Origin: a virus
Taxonomy: Duplodnaviria; Caudoviricetes
Length of the DNA: 57,987 nt
Reading direction: 5' to 3' (one strand)
IMG/VR virus record: IMGVR_UViG_3300032265_000041
Span: 1 to 57,987 of that record
Part shown: in pieces, positions 48,323 through 57,987 of the stretch
Layout of the letters: every line of letters begins with the position of its first letter
Position numbering within the stretch: position 1 is the first letter of the stretch
The notes under the pieces: generated by a model
What the model saw: the letters and a program-made list of their open reading frames with translations, nothing else
Databases searched by the model: none
What the model was told of the DNA's origin: nothing
Made by a program: the position numbers and the translations under genes

Positions 48323-51300
48323 GTAATCCCTTATTCATTATCTTATCTAATGGGCTAGTGCCCTGTGTTAAACTTCCAAACTTTGATGTTACTGCACTGG
48401 CCAAACTTCCGCCAAGATTTGATACATCGCCTAAATTAGATTTAACTGATCCTAGCAGTCCTTCTACTGAACCAAGTGATCCAGTAATACCAGATAGTTG
48501 AGATCCTGCAGACATAAGTTTTCCACTTAACGCAGATAGATCAGTAGAGTTTAATTGACTAGTTAAGTTTGACAAAGGATTAGAAGGTAAAGAACTTGCA
48601 CTCAATATGTCCGATGCTACTGAGGCAGGTAAAATATTTCCTGGAATTTTAGATATATCAGCAACACCAAATGCTGCGGCTAAGGACTTAGGACCCTTAT
48701 TTTTAACAAGGTCAGCAAGGAATTGTTGATCAATTGGTGCAGCCGGAGCAACAGTAATTGGTTGAGACGCTGGCAAGTTTGCTAGTTTATCTGCTGATAC
48801 ATAATCTAACACTATACCTTGAGATGCAATTGCCGATAAATCAGTGTTGCTAGGGATAGACTTAGACAATGTAGCCATCTGATCAAGCACTTTACTTTTT
48901 AAATCTCCACTAAGCCCGGATAGTTGAGCAGGATTAATTCCAAACTTGCCCGCTAATGCTGCTGGATCATTCGGTAACCCAGCAGTTAAAGATTTTAATT
49001 TATCTCCTATGCCGCCTGCAAGTGTGGATGCGCCTGTTCCTAATCCTGCAACTGCTGACAATGCATTAGTTCCAACACTAGCTGCTAGACCAGAAAGAGA
49101 AGTAATATTAGTAGGTAATTTAGCTGTCTGAGAAATTAAATCTGTAGCAACTGTAGTAAGACCAGTTGCAGCTGAGGCAGTATCAAGTTTAATAGTTGCC
49201 CCCTCACCTATGCCTGAGCCCGTAACACCGAGTAACGATTGGGCCGCATTAGCTTTAGAAACAATATTAGAAGCTAAATCAGTTGTTGCATTAGATATAG
49301 GAAATGCATTCTGAAGAGTATTACCTATTTGTCCCAAACTAGCTGCTGATCCCAATGCCGATTGTGCGGATGTAAGTAAACCAGATGTTTGTAATCTAAT
49401 ACCCGAGGCCAATTGATCAACCCCGCCCGGAATACTTCCAAATACCGATGACGCTGCGGTAAGCTGGCCTATACCGGCAGAAACTGCACCGCTAACTTGA
49501 GTCAATAACCCGTTAACTGTCCCACCTAGTCCGCCTGCTTGTCCAATAAAGTTACTCAATGCTCCGGGAAGGCCGGGGCTAGGCAAGCCTCTACCCAATT
49601 GGGTTAATAGATTTGCGCCAGATGCCCGATCCCCTGCATTAATAGATTCAGTTGTATCGGTCACTACTGCGGTCAATGGATTTGGAGTTTGCTCTTGTCT
49701 CTTAGAAGGATCAGTAGGTGATTCATTACTACCTAGTTCGAGTTGGCCAGGAACTCTTAAAATTTCTAATGTCTGTTTGAATTGGCCTTCTTTAAAAGAG
49801 CTGTTTACTTTAGTAACTCTATAAACTCCACTAAACGGAACCTTCTTTGTATCAAAATATACTTGGCCGCCGTTTTCAAATGTATCAATGTCTATAGGAT
49901 TTCTAAAATTAACTGTAATTAACACTTCACTAAAATTATGTGCAGCTTCACCATCTGCCGTTTTGCCACGTGCTCCAGGTTTGGGATTATAATTACCTAT
50001 ACCGCCTGTGACTAGAAAGAAAGGATCGCCCAGTATATCCAATTCTCCAGTAATCATAGATGCTTTAGAGTTAATAATAGCATCGTGCATATTTCTAGCT
50101 AATATGCTGTAAGGATCATCGGATGGTTGTCCGGCATTAGGGCCAGTTCTGTGTACCTCAGTAGCTCTAGGGTCTGCACGAGTAGTAGATTGTGCATTTT
50201 GATCAGAAGGTTGACTTTGGTTAGAGTCTCCTTTTACTTTTACATTAGGGCTATTATCTTTGGCTAGACCTGATCCCGGACTATCTGTATTACCCATTGC
50301 ATTGGGCATAGCTTCAAAGAACAATGTATTGAAATTTAATTTAAAATTCATTACATCGATGTTCTTACCAGTATAAACGTAATTGTATTCACGCAGACTT
50401 AATAAATTTAAGGTCGATGCATCGATCTTTGAGGTTCCGTAATTAGGAATTTTAGTATAATGAACCTTATACGGGGATACTACATAGGTAAATTTCTGAA
50501 AAGGTTTACGAGTTATTTCATCGATTGCACTCTGATTCTCAACTTCTATCTTAATCAGAAAATACTTAACCATTCCGTATTCGTCAGGATTTCCCGTTTG
50601 TCCTATAGTTGATAATATATCCCTAACATATTTGCTATCCCTAATTAATGACGCAATACATTCATGAATATTTGCTCCATCTGAGAATTGTACTTGAGGT
50701 GTCTTTGGGGCATATTTTATAGCCTCCGGATCTTTAGACTGTTCTTGAGCACTAGGCTGAGGAGTTTTGTCGGCCTGCATGGCATTGGGTTTAGTGTCGT
50801 TGGCCGGATCATTAAATTTATATAAGGTGTTGTCTTTAAGTAATTCCGAAACCGGGCTTATTGCAATCTCACTATTTTTATTTTCAATGAATCCTAAATT
50901 ATCATCCCAATCCATAAACTTAATAGCATATAGATCGTGTTTGTCTTTATTGGACGTATTTTTACCTGCCTTGTCTGCTTCTACTACCTGTTCCTTAACA
51001 TTCTCGATTAGATCTTCCAATATTTCTCGTACAGTTGTGCCAGCCATATTAGTAGGTTTTTTCAATTTGTTAGGATTTCCAAAACCCTTTTCATTAAAAG
51101 GAACGCCTGCACATCTGTATTTTGTACCTTTTTCAGTAACATCAACTTCTAATCCTGTGAATCCAAATACAAAATACCTAGTAGCATCTGGAACTATTTC
51201 AGGATCTGGAAAACTAGTACTATCAGGATATCCTACAAAATCCATTTTTAAAAGGAAACTAGCTGTAGCATAAGATGGATATCCTGCTGCTACGGCTGCA

Positions 51301-51944
51301 ACTTGAATAGATTCTATAAATCCGTTGATACTGTAGGGTTCTATAATTTCAAATTTAATACCCGTAGGAAGACTTGTATTACTCTCTTCCGAAAATCCCA
51401 TTATACTTTCGATCTCAACATGATCAATAAACATATCAAATCGTCCGGGACTATTTTTATTAAATCCACCTATCAATTGTTTAACAGATTCAGCACTTTG
51501 TATAATATCTGTTTTACTAGAAACGTAATCTCCTAACTCAGATGCTACTACAGTAACTTCTGTTTTAGTTAATGCTGTTGCATTTTTACTATTAATTGAA
51601 TCAGTTCCTTTACCACCAGACTTTGCAATAATGTAATCCAATGCACTATCTCTATATTTTGTAGGATCATTTACATCATCTTTCTTTAATGCGGCTAATG
51701 TAAAATTATAAGTGAATGATCTATAACGATTTAAAACATTTTGAGATTTAGATTGAACAACTTTGGACGGTTTATCGCTTTTAGGAGTTGCAGGAACAGT
51801 CTTACTAACAATTGATGCAGATTGTCTTTTTAATCTAGCAGTTTCTGCGTCACTTTGATCAGGCGCAGGAGGTGGGGCAGGAGTATCATCATATGTCCCG
51901 CTAATGACATTTCCTAATTGATCATATTCTCTAGTATCTGCCAT
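48309..51944 (-). CDS. Baseplate hub-like structural protein with an Ala/Gly/Ser-rich C-terminal region
   Basis: ILGDPFF and FSGVYRVTKVNSSF..GQFKQTL hub-type motifs; position between gp53 and gp5. Confidence 0.6.
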   Translation of the reverse strand: MADTREYDQLGNVISGTYDDTPAPPPAPDQSDAETARLKRQSASIVSKTVPATPKSDKPSKVVQSKSQNVLNRYRSFTYNFTLAALKKDDVNDPTKYRDSALDYIIAKSGGKGTDSINSKNATALTKTEVTVVASELGDYVSSKTDIIQSAESVKQLIGGFNKNSPGRFDMFIDHVEIESIMGFSEESNTSLPTGIKFEIIEPYSINGFIESIQVAAVAAGYPSYATASFLLKMDFVGYPDSTSFPDPEIVPDATRYFVFGFTGLEVDVTEKGTKYRCAGVPFNEKGFGNPNKLKKPTNMAGTTVREILEDLIENVKEQVVEADKAGKNTSNKDKHDLYAIKFMDWDDNLGFIENKNSEIAISPVSELLKDNTLYKFNDPANDTKPNAMQADKTPQPSAQEQSKDPEAIKYAPKTPQVQFSDGANIHECIASLIRDSKYVRDILSTIGQTGNPDEYGMVKYFLIKIEVENQSAIDEITRKPFQKFTYVVSPYKVHYTKIPNYGTSKIDASTLNLLSLREYNYVYTGKNIDVMNFKLNFNTLFFEAMPNAMGNTDSPGSGLAKDNSPNVKVKGDSNQSQPSDQNAQSTTRADPRATEVHRTGPNAGQPSDDPYSILARNMHDAIINSKASMITGELDILGDPFFLVTGGIGNYNPKPGARGKTADGEAAHNFSEVLITVNFRNPIDIDTFENGGQVYFDTKKVPFSGVYRVTKVNSSFKEGQFKQTLEILRVPGQLELGSNESPTDPSKRQEQTPNPLTAVVTDTTESINAGDRASGANLLTQLGRGLPSPGLPGALSNFIGQAGGLGGTVNGLLTQVSGAVSAGIGQLTAASSVFGSIPGGVDQLASGIRLQTSGLLTSAQSALGSAASLGQIGNTLQNAFPISNATTDLASNIVSKANAAQSLLGVTGSGIGEGATIKLDTASAATGLTTVATDLISQTAKLPTNITSLSGLAASVGTNALSAVAGLGTGASTLAGGIGDKLKSLTAGLPNDPAALAGKFGINPAQLSGLSGDLKSKVLDQMATLSKSIPSNTDLSAIASQGIVLDYVSADKLANLPASQPITVAPAAPIDQQFLADLVKNKGPKSLAAAFGVADISKIPGNILPASVASDILSASSLPSNPLSNLTSQLNSTDLSALSGKLMSAGSQLSGITGSLGSVEGLLGSVKSNLGDVSNLGGSLASAVTSKFGSLTQGTSPLDKIMNKGLHVGY

Positions 51945-51945
51945 T

Positions 51946-52245
51946 TTAAATTCCTAAGGCCGCCTTAATAGAACTAAGTTTAGGTAGATAAATTTTAACT
52001 CCTGCTACCATATCGTAGGTAGGATCTTTAATTTTACTTTTGTTTCTAATAGCAAATACCCACCATAGATTAACGTCACCATATAAATCATATGCTAATA
52101 AGTCTGGTCTATTATCATAGGTACTGGTAACTTCAAATAAGATATCATCTGCTTCTGCAGGAATATCTCTAAAATTCATTACATCAAGATAACCGTTTGA
52201 ACTATTTGTAGAATAGTAAGGGCTAGTTTTACTGTATGTTGCCAT
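51946..52245 (-). CDS. gp53: Baseplate wedge subunit (gp53/LysM-like)
   Basis: RPDLLAYDLYGDVNLWWVFA.RN. Confidence 0.8.
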   Translation of the reverse strand: MATYSKTSPYYSTNSSNGYLDVMNFRDIPAEADDILFEVTSTYDNRPDLLAYDLYGDVNLWWVFAIRNKSKIKDPTYDMVAGVKIYLPKLSSIKAALGI

Positions 52246-53351
52246 TATAAGATTCCTGATTTTCTAACACTAGCATCTGATAACCAACCAGATACTGTAA
52301 ATTTCTGCATCTCTGCTCTGCTGTACATTGGTACACAGGTAATTGCAATAGTTGATACAATTGGTACGCTAGCTAAACCATAAGGACTAGCAGTCTTTTG
52401 TCCCAGAGTAAAGTAATCTACACCATCCGGAAGTTCTATACGGAAACTGCCAATTGCTACTGGTACATTGGCTAACATATAATCACCATATGCATCTAAT
52501 CGGCAAACTGGAGGAGGTGCCCCACTCATAACTTCACCACCTGATTTCATTTTGGTCAATGCTCTTAATAAATGAACTGTGGCTAGATATACGGCTGCAT
52601 CTTTTTCATTCTGTACTGTAAATTTTCCTGTGATGCTAATACTACTAATAGAACTACGTTGATAAAAATTAATTGCAAAGTTACTATGCATAGGATTAGA
52701 ACTTGCATAGTCGGCTTTTTGTTCATAACTAATTGAAGGGGTGTAGGGAAATATAATTGCACCAAGCGTAGATAATTCTTTAGCAGATCCACTAGTCACT
52801 GATGTTAGATAACTATGAGGAACACGAATCTTAACTCGTAGATCTTTAGATTTAATTTCGCCGCCAATACCTTTAACAGTTGGCTCTGCTGCGGCCACAG
52901 CCGCAGGTTCTGCTCCTGCAGGAACACCGGGGACAGATCTAGTACCGGGAGCATCTACAATTGATTCCCCATTGCTTAATGAATCTTTTGCAGGGACTGA
53001 TGTATCACCTACAACTTCAGCATTGGCTTGTTTATCTGCAGATGCTGCATCGGTTGCAGAAGGATTAGTTGCTTCGGGACTCTTAACTGTAGTAGTAGGA
53101 TCTTCTGCGGCTTTGGCGGCATCAAGTTCTTTTTTCAATGCTGTGAGTTTTTGATTTTCTGCATTAAATGCTAACCTAGCAGCTTCTGCTTCACCTGTTC
53201 TTCCTAATGCCAATCTTTCTGCTTCGGTACCGTTTTGATAGGCGGCAGATTGTGCAACAGCCGTTTGTGCGGCAGTTAGTTCTTGCCGCTTCGCCAATAC
53301 CACTTGATATTGGGCTTCCCATTGTGCGTCTAGTTCTGCCGTCGTAGCCAT
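52245..53351 (-). CDS. Baseplate/tail-tube initiator-like protein (gp48/54-like)
   Basis: IFPYTPSI and GAPPPVCRLDAYG; N-terminal coiled-coil extension. Confidence 0.55.
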   Translation of the reverse strand: MATTAELDAQWEAQYQVVLAKRQELTAAQTAVAQSAAYQNGTEAERLALGRTGEAEAARLAFNAENQKLTALKKELDAAKAAEDPTTTVKSPEATNPSATDAASADKQANAEVVGDTSVPAKDSLSNGESIVDAPGTRSVPGVPAGAEPAAVAAAEPTVKGIGGEIKSKDLRVKIRVPHSYLTSVTSGSAKELSTLGAIIFPYTPSISYEQKADYASSNPMHSNFAINFYQRSSISSISITGKFTVQNEKDAAVYLATVHLLRALTKMKSGGEVMSGAPPPVCRLDAYGDYMLANVPVAIGSFRIELPDGVDYFTLGQKTASPYGLASVPIVSTIAITCVPMYSRAEMQKFTVSGWLSDASVRKSGIL

Positions 53352-53411
53352 TATCGTTCCTTTGTATGCTATTTAACCAATAAATAAAATGCTAACTTAA
53401 TATCTAAATGG

Positions 53412-53439
53412 TTGACACCATCCATTTATATGTTATACT
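53412..53439 (+). promoter_or_regulatory. Sigma70-type promoter
   Basis: TTGACA-16-TATACT with a TGn extension. Confidence 0.7.
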
Positions 53440-53463
53440 AACATAAGGAATAACAATAATAAG

Positions 53464-54390
53464 ATGAACCTTATACCAACAATACGAAAAGTAAAATACT
53501 TAAACAATAGAGATCTGTTAGCAGAAATACACCGTAGTAAATGTAGTTTTTCAAGTTTTATACAACCTGACTACAATCAACACGATATTATTTTAACAAG
53601 TCTTGACAAAGTTAATATCCGCACAATCGCAGATGCTAAACGTGCAAGAGCTAAAAGAATAGGACTTATTGCATTTGCCATTGCCCGTAACGGCGGCGAT
53701 AAAAAAACCAAACTAGCAGAAGTTACACCAGACTATTCTACAGTAGCTAAGACTGATGTTATTATCCGCATAATGACATTTGATCATATTCCGCTAGCAC
53801 CTGGTCGTAAGAAGACAGTCAAAAGTACAGCAGACGGACATGAGAAAGTAAACTTTCCTCCATTCCAACATTGGAAATATGACGAAGTTACTAATGAACT
53901 AGTTTGTGTTGGTAAATCACATTGGAAAGGCCCGTTAGATACAGGATACTTTAGCAAAGATCACGGCCGCATTACTGAAAATCTAGGTAAGATGTTTATT
54001 AAATTAAGCGAACGCTATGCCCAAAGAAGTAACTGGCGTGGTTATACTTACATTGAAGAAATGCGGGGACAGGCTATTTTACAGTTAAGTCAGATTGGAC
54101 TACAGTTCGATGAGTCTAAATCAGAGAACCCATTTGCTTACTACACAGCAGCCGTAACAAACTCGTTCACCCGCATCCTAAACATTGAGAAGAAAAGTCA
54201 AAATATTCGTGACGACCTGTTAGAAGAAGCTGGACTAACTCCTAGTTCAACAAGACAGAACGCTCACGAATACGCAGACGAGATTGCTCGCCAAGCTGTG
54301 TTATATAAAAATATGCGTATGCCCAAGAGTGAAGAAGAAGTATTTGAAGATGGTGATGGTGACGGTGAAATTGATGAAACTAAACCTTGA
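53464..54390 (+). CDS. gp55: Late-transcription sigma factor (gp55-like)
   Basis: YLNNRDLL, LGKMF..L.ERY...NWRGYTY.EEM and FD..KS.NPFAYYT; adjacent to gp47/gp46. Confidence 0.85.
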   Translation: MNLIPTIRKVKYLNNRDLLAEIHRSKCSFSSFIQPDYNQHDIILTSLDKVNIRTIADAKRARAKRIGLIAFAIARNGGDKKTKLAEVTPDYSTVAKTDVIIRIMTFDHIPLAPGRKKTVKSTADGHEKVNFPPFQHWKYDEVTNELVCVGKSHWKGPLDTGYFSKDHGRITENLGKMFIKLSERYAQRSNWRGYTYIEEMRGQAILQLSQIGLQFDESKSENPFAYYTAAVTNSFTRILNIEKKSQNIRDDLLEEAGLTPSSTRQNAHEYADEIARQAVLYKNMRMPKSEEEVFEDGDGDGEIDETKP

Positions 54391-54415
54391 CATTTAAAAT
54401 ACATCCTGCTAGACT
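54387..54415 (+). promoter_or_regulatory. Sigma70-type promoter
   Basis: TTGACA-17-TAGACT with TGn; AGGAG RBS downstream. Confidence 0.7.
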
Positions 54416-54435
54416 CGTAACTAGGAGAATAATAA

Positions 54436-55449
54436 ATGCCGTTGTTTAAAAAAGTAGCTTGCATGACAGATATTCATTTTGGCCTAAAGTCCAATAGTAC
54501 AACACACTTACGTGATTGCGAAGAATTTATAGATTGGTTTATTGCAGAAGCTCAGAACGCAGGTTGCGAAACTTGTATTTTTCTCGGAGACTGGAGCCAT
54601 AATCGAAATAGTCTAAACTTGTTTACGCTAGATAGCAGTCTACGCTGTCTAGAAAAGCTAGGTGCTGCCTTTGAACAGTTCTACTGGTTTCCAGGTAATC
54701 ACGATTTGTTCTACAAGGACAAGCGAGACATCCATAGTAGTGCGTTTGGACGCCATATTCCCGGCGTAACTGTCGTAGACTCTATCACCACTCTAGGCGA
54801 TGTTACCCTTGTGCCGTGGCTAGTCGGAGATGAGTGGAAGTCTATGAAGAACTTAAAGAGCAAATATGTGTTTGGACACTTTGAATTGCCCAAGTTCTTT
54901 ATGAATGCAATGATACAAATGCCCGACCACGGTGAACTTAGGGCAGAAGACTTTACAGGACCGGACTATGTATTCAGCGGTCACTTCCATAAACGCCAAA
55001 CTAATCAGAAAGTAATCTATATTGGTAATGCGTTTCCACATAACTTTTCAGACACTGGAGATGACGACCGAGGTATGATGACATTAGAGTGGGGCGGTGA
55101 GCCGCAATTTATCAATTGGCCCGACTGCCCGAAGTATAGAACTGTTAAGTTAAGCGATCTTATCGACAAGAAAGATGAGATTATGAAGTCAAAAATGCAT
55201 ATCAAAGTTAATTTAGATATTGATATCAGCTTTGAAGAAGCAAACTTTATCAAAGAAACATTTATTGCAGATTACGATATCCGTGAAATTAGTCTAATCC
55301 AGGATAAAACTAATCTAGACGGAACTATCGATGACAATCCAGATGCTACATTTGAAAGTGTTGATCAGATCGTGACAGAACAGTTGATCAATATTGAGAA
55401 TGGCCAGTTTGATAAGACTACACTACTTGAGATTTATAATAACTTATGA
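54436..55449 (+). CDS. gp47: Recombination nuclease (gp47, Mre11/SbcD-like)
   Basis: DIHFG, LGD, GNHD, GHF and SGHFH metallophosphoesterase motifs. Confidence 0.92.
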   Translation: MPLFKKVACMTDIHFGLKSNSTTHLRDCEEFIDWFIAEAQNAGCETCIFLGDWSHNRNSLNLFTLDSSLRCLEKLGAAFEQFYWFPGNHDLFYKDKRDIHSSAFGRHIPGVTVVDSITTLGDVTLVPWLVGDEWKSMKNLKSKYVFGHFELPKFFMNAMIQMPDHGELRAEDFTGPDYVFSGHFHKRQTNQKVIYIGNAFPHNFSDTGDDDRGMMTLEWGGEPQFINWPDCPKYRTVKLSDLIDKKDEIMKSKMHIKVNLDIDISFEEANFIKETFIADYDIREISLIQDKTNLDGTIDDNPDATFESVDQIVTEQLINIENGQFDKTTLLEIYNNL

Positions 55450-56267
55450 TAATTGATGCATTTATGTTCTTCAACGAGTTTGATATTTTAGAAGGAAGAC
55501 TCGAGTACCTGTATGATCATGTAGATTACTTTGTGTTAGTCGAAGCTAATATTACACAAAGTGGCGATCCCAAACCTATGCATTTTATGAATAACATGCC
55601 TAGGTACAAAAAGTATCTAGATAAAGTTTTATATTTTCCATTTATTACTAGTCGTAGTGATTACAACTATGATAAATTGCCCGGCGAGGAAAGAGATTAC
55701 GATACAGGTCCGTGGCAACTAGAAAATGCACAAAGAAATTATATCTCAAAAGCGTTGGATCTATTTGAAGATGATGCTATTATAATGATTAGTGATTTAG
55801 ATGAGATTCCCCATAGAGCATGTATTGATATTACTAAGGACTACTTTTCAAAAGGTTGGGATAGACTAAGTGTTCAACAAGATCATTTTTCCTACAACTT
55901 TAAACAGAAACAAATTGTTCCTATTTTAGGTACCACTATTTCAACCAACAAGGTTGCTAAAGAAGTTACGCCGCAAGGACTTAGAAATGCAAAATACGGG
56001 TTTGGTGTTATTAATAACGGCGGATGGCACCTAACCTATTGGGGTGATGTAGAGACTATTCAATATAAGATACAGACATTTGCGCATCAGGAACTGAATC
56101 AAGAACAATTTAAAGATCCAGACCATATTAAAGAAAAGATTCGTACAGGGCAAGATATGTTTAATAGAAATAATCCGTATGTACTAACACAGCCTGGCGA
56201 AATTCCAGAAGATGTTATGAACATCTTTGGAAAGATTCAAGATAAAATTGCAAATTCTATAAAATAA
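55446..56267 (+). CDS. Glycosyltransferase family 17-like (beta-1,4-GlcNAc transferase-like)
   Basis: DAFMFFNEFDIL..RL..L...VDYFVLVEA, E..QRN, SDLDEIP and GGWHL. Confidence 0.85.
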   Translation: MIIDAFMFFNEFDILEGRLEYLYDHVDYFVLVEANITQSGDPKPMHFMNNMPRYKKYLDKVLYFPFITSRSDYNYDKLPGEERDYDTGPWQLENAQRNYISKALDLFEDDAIIMISDLDEIPHRACIDITKDYFSKGWDRLSVQQDHFSYNFKQKQIVPILGTTISTNKVAKEVTPQGLRNAKYGFGVINNGGWHLTYWGDVETIQYKIQTFAHQELNQEQFKDPDHIKEKIRTGQDMFNRNNPYVLTQPGEIPEDVMNIFGKIQDKIANSIK

Positions 56268-56270
56268 TAC

Positions 56271-57987
56271 ATGTTTAAACTAAAGAATATAACCGTAAAA
56301 AACTTTATGAGTGTGGGGAATCAGACTCAAGCAGTCGATTTTGATAAACAAGCACTGACATTGGTGCTGGGCAGTAACCACGATCTAGGCGGCGATGACA
56401 CAGGATCACGCAATGGAACAGGTAAAACTACTATTGTCAACGCATTAAGCTATGCATTGTATGGACAAGCGTTAACTAATATCAAGAAAGAAAACTTGAT
56501 CAACAAGACTAACGGTAAGAACATGTTGGTCACTGTTGAGTTTGAGAAGAACAATACCAAATATCGTATTGAGCGAGGTCGTAAACCCAATGTTCTACAA
56601 TTATTTGTCAATGATAATCAACTGAAAACAGATGAGTCAGAAGATGATAGTCAGGGTGATAGCCGAGAGACGCAAAAAGCAATCGAACAGATGCTGGAAA
56701 TGTCACATACAATGTTTAAACACCTTGTAGCATTGAACACTTATACAGAACCCTTCCTATCTATGAAGGCTGCAGAGCAACGTGAGGTCATTGAACAGTT
56801 GTTGGGCATTACATTACTAAGTGAAAAAGCCGAGGCCCTTAAATTATTAGTCAAAGAAAGCAAGGATCTTATTCAGAAAGAAGAGTTTAAGATTGAAGGT
56901 ATTAAGGCTGCTAACGAAAATGTACAGAAAAGTATCAATAGTCTAGAGATTAAGAGCAGTGCTTGGGAAACTAAAAAAGAAAATGATATTGAAGGACTAG
57001 GTCGTGCTATGATGCGATTAGAGAATGTTGACATCGAGTCTGAGTTAGCTGCTCACTTACAGCTTAAACAGTGGAATGAGAACAATGTTAAGATTCAAAA
57101 CTTGAATAAACAGAAGGCTACATTAGAGTCCGCAATGGGGCAGGCTGAAAAATCAGTTAAGAAGTATGAAAAAGATTTGGCTAGCTTGTCCACTAAGATA
57201 TGTCATGCGTGTGAGCAAAAGCTACATGATCATAAACACGAAGAAATGACTTCCACTGCTACACAGCATCTTGAGGAATCTCAGAAATACTACGATAAGG
57301 TTACGCAAGACTTCACTAAGATTGTCGAAGAAGTTGCGGCGATTGGAGAACAGCCGCATCGCCCTCAGACATTTTATGATACAGAAGCAGAAGCATTAGG
57401 TCATAAGAACAACTTAGACGGTCTTGAAAAGAGTTTGACCGCTAAGATTGATGAATCAAATCCGTATCAGGAACAAATAACTGAACTTAAGAAGACTGCT
57501 ATCCAAGAGATTACGTGGGATCATATTAATCAGCTTACTAAACTGAAAGACCATCAAGAGTTCTTGCATAAGTTGTTGACTAATAAAGATAGCTTTATCC
57601 GTAAGAAGATCATTGATCAGAATTTAAGTTACTTAAACAAACGGTTAGGTTACTATATTGACAAGTTAGGATTGCCACATCTTGTTGTATTTCAAAATGA
57701 TCTAACAGTTGAGATTACTCAACTAGGACAAGATCTAGACTTTGATAACTTATCTCGTGGAGAACGCAATCGTTTGATTTTATCCATGAGCTTTGCATTC
57801 CGTGATGTATGGGAAGGTTTATATCAAAGCATTAATTTATTGTTTATTGATGAATTAGTTGATGCTGGTATGGATGCCGCAGGTGTAGAAAGTGCCCTAG
57901 CGGTCCTAAAAAAGATGGCACGAGAACGCAATAAGAATATATACTTAATATCACACAAGGATGAATTAGTAGGTCGTGTAAACAATG
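56271..57987 (+). CDS. gp46: Recombination ATPase (gp46, Rad50/SbcC-like), truncated at the window end
   Basis: Not in the ORF track. Read by hand: MFKLKNITVKNFMSVG, Walker A NGTGKT, Zn hook CHAC, LSRGE signature, Walker B LFIDE and ISH. Confidence 0.9.
   Translation, partial: MFKLKNITVKNFMSVGNQTQAVDFDKQALTLVLGSNHDLGGDDTGSRNGTGKTTIVNALSYALYGQALTNIKKENLINKTNGKNMLVTVEFEKNNTKYRIERGRKPNVLQLFVNDNQLKTDESEDDSQGDSRETQKAIEQMLEMSHTMFKHLVALNTYTEPFLSMKAAEQREVIEQLLGITLLSEKAEALKLLVKESKDLIQKEEFKIEGIKAANENVQKSINSLEIKSSAWETKKENDIEGLGRAMMRLENVDIESELAAHLQLKQWNENNVKIQNLNKQKATLESAMGQAEKSVKKYEKDLASLSTKICHACEQKLHDHKHEEMTSTATQHLEESQKYYDKVTQDFTKIVEEVAAIGEQPHRPQTFYDTEAEALGHKNNLDGLEKSLTAKIDESNPYQEQITELKKTAIQEITWDHINQLTKLKDHQEFLHKLLTNKDSFIRKKIIDQNLSYLNKRLGYYIDKLGLPHLVVFQNDLTVEITQLGQDLDFDNLSRGERNRLILSMSFAFRDVWEGLYQSINLLFIDELVDAGMDAAGVESALAVLKKMARERNKNIYLISHKDELVGRVNN

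Noticed and set aside
1-57987. Alternative genetic code (stop-codon reassignment)
   Set aside because: The standard code gives long intact ORFs with near-complete coding density.

Overview
The window is a segment of a large T4-superfamily (jumbo-type) myovirus genome, AT-rich and densely coding, with four blocks. (1) 1-3.8 kb, + strand: probable head-packaged cargo genes. These are a modular polyprotein (probably 5'-truncated) whose modules are separated by an in-frame DNA repeat, AAGGTGTGGCGGA (read as [Q/K]GVAE), followed by a Zn-deaminase fusion, a small basic protein and an Fe/Mn SOD. (2) 3.8-22.2 kb, + strand: replication and DNA modification, with family B DNA polymerase, a probable sliding clamp, a 7-deazaguanine cluster (TGT/DpdA-like, QueD-like, QueE) that encloses a GT-B glycosyltransferase, a cupin and a MazG-like gene, then RNase H/FEN, a MoxR AAA+/VWA-peptidase pair and ThyA. 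(3) 22.2-53.4 kb, - strand: tail fibre and baseplate genes, including three paralogous fibre genes, a collagen-like protein, a 4443-aa structural protein, gp6, gp25, gp5 with a GH19 domain, a hub-like protein, gp53 and a gp48/54-like protein. (4) 53.4 kb to the end, + strand: gp55-like late sigma factor, gp47, an inserted GT17 glycosyltransferase and gp46 (truncated by the window end). The best novelty candidates are the repeat-delimited in-frame cassette polyprotein and a possible glycosylated 7-deazaguanine DNA hypermodification. Two candidate structured RNA elements are also noted. All family assignments come from motifs recognised by eye; no database searches were run.
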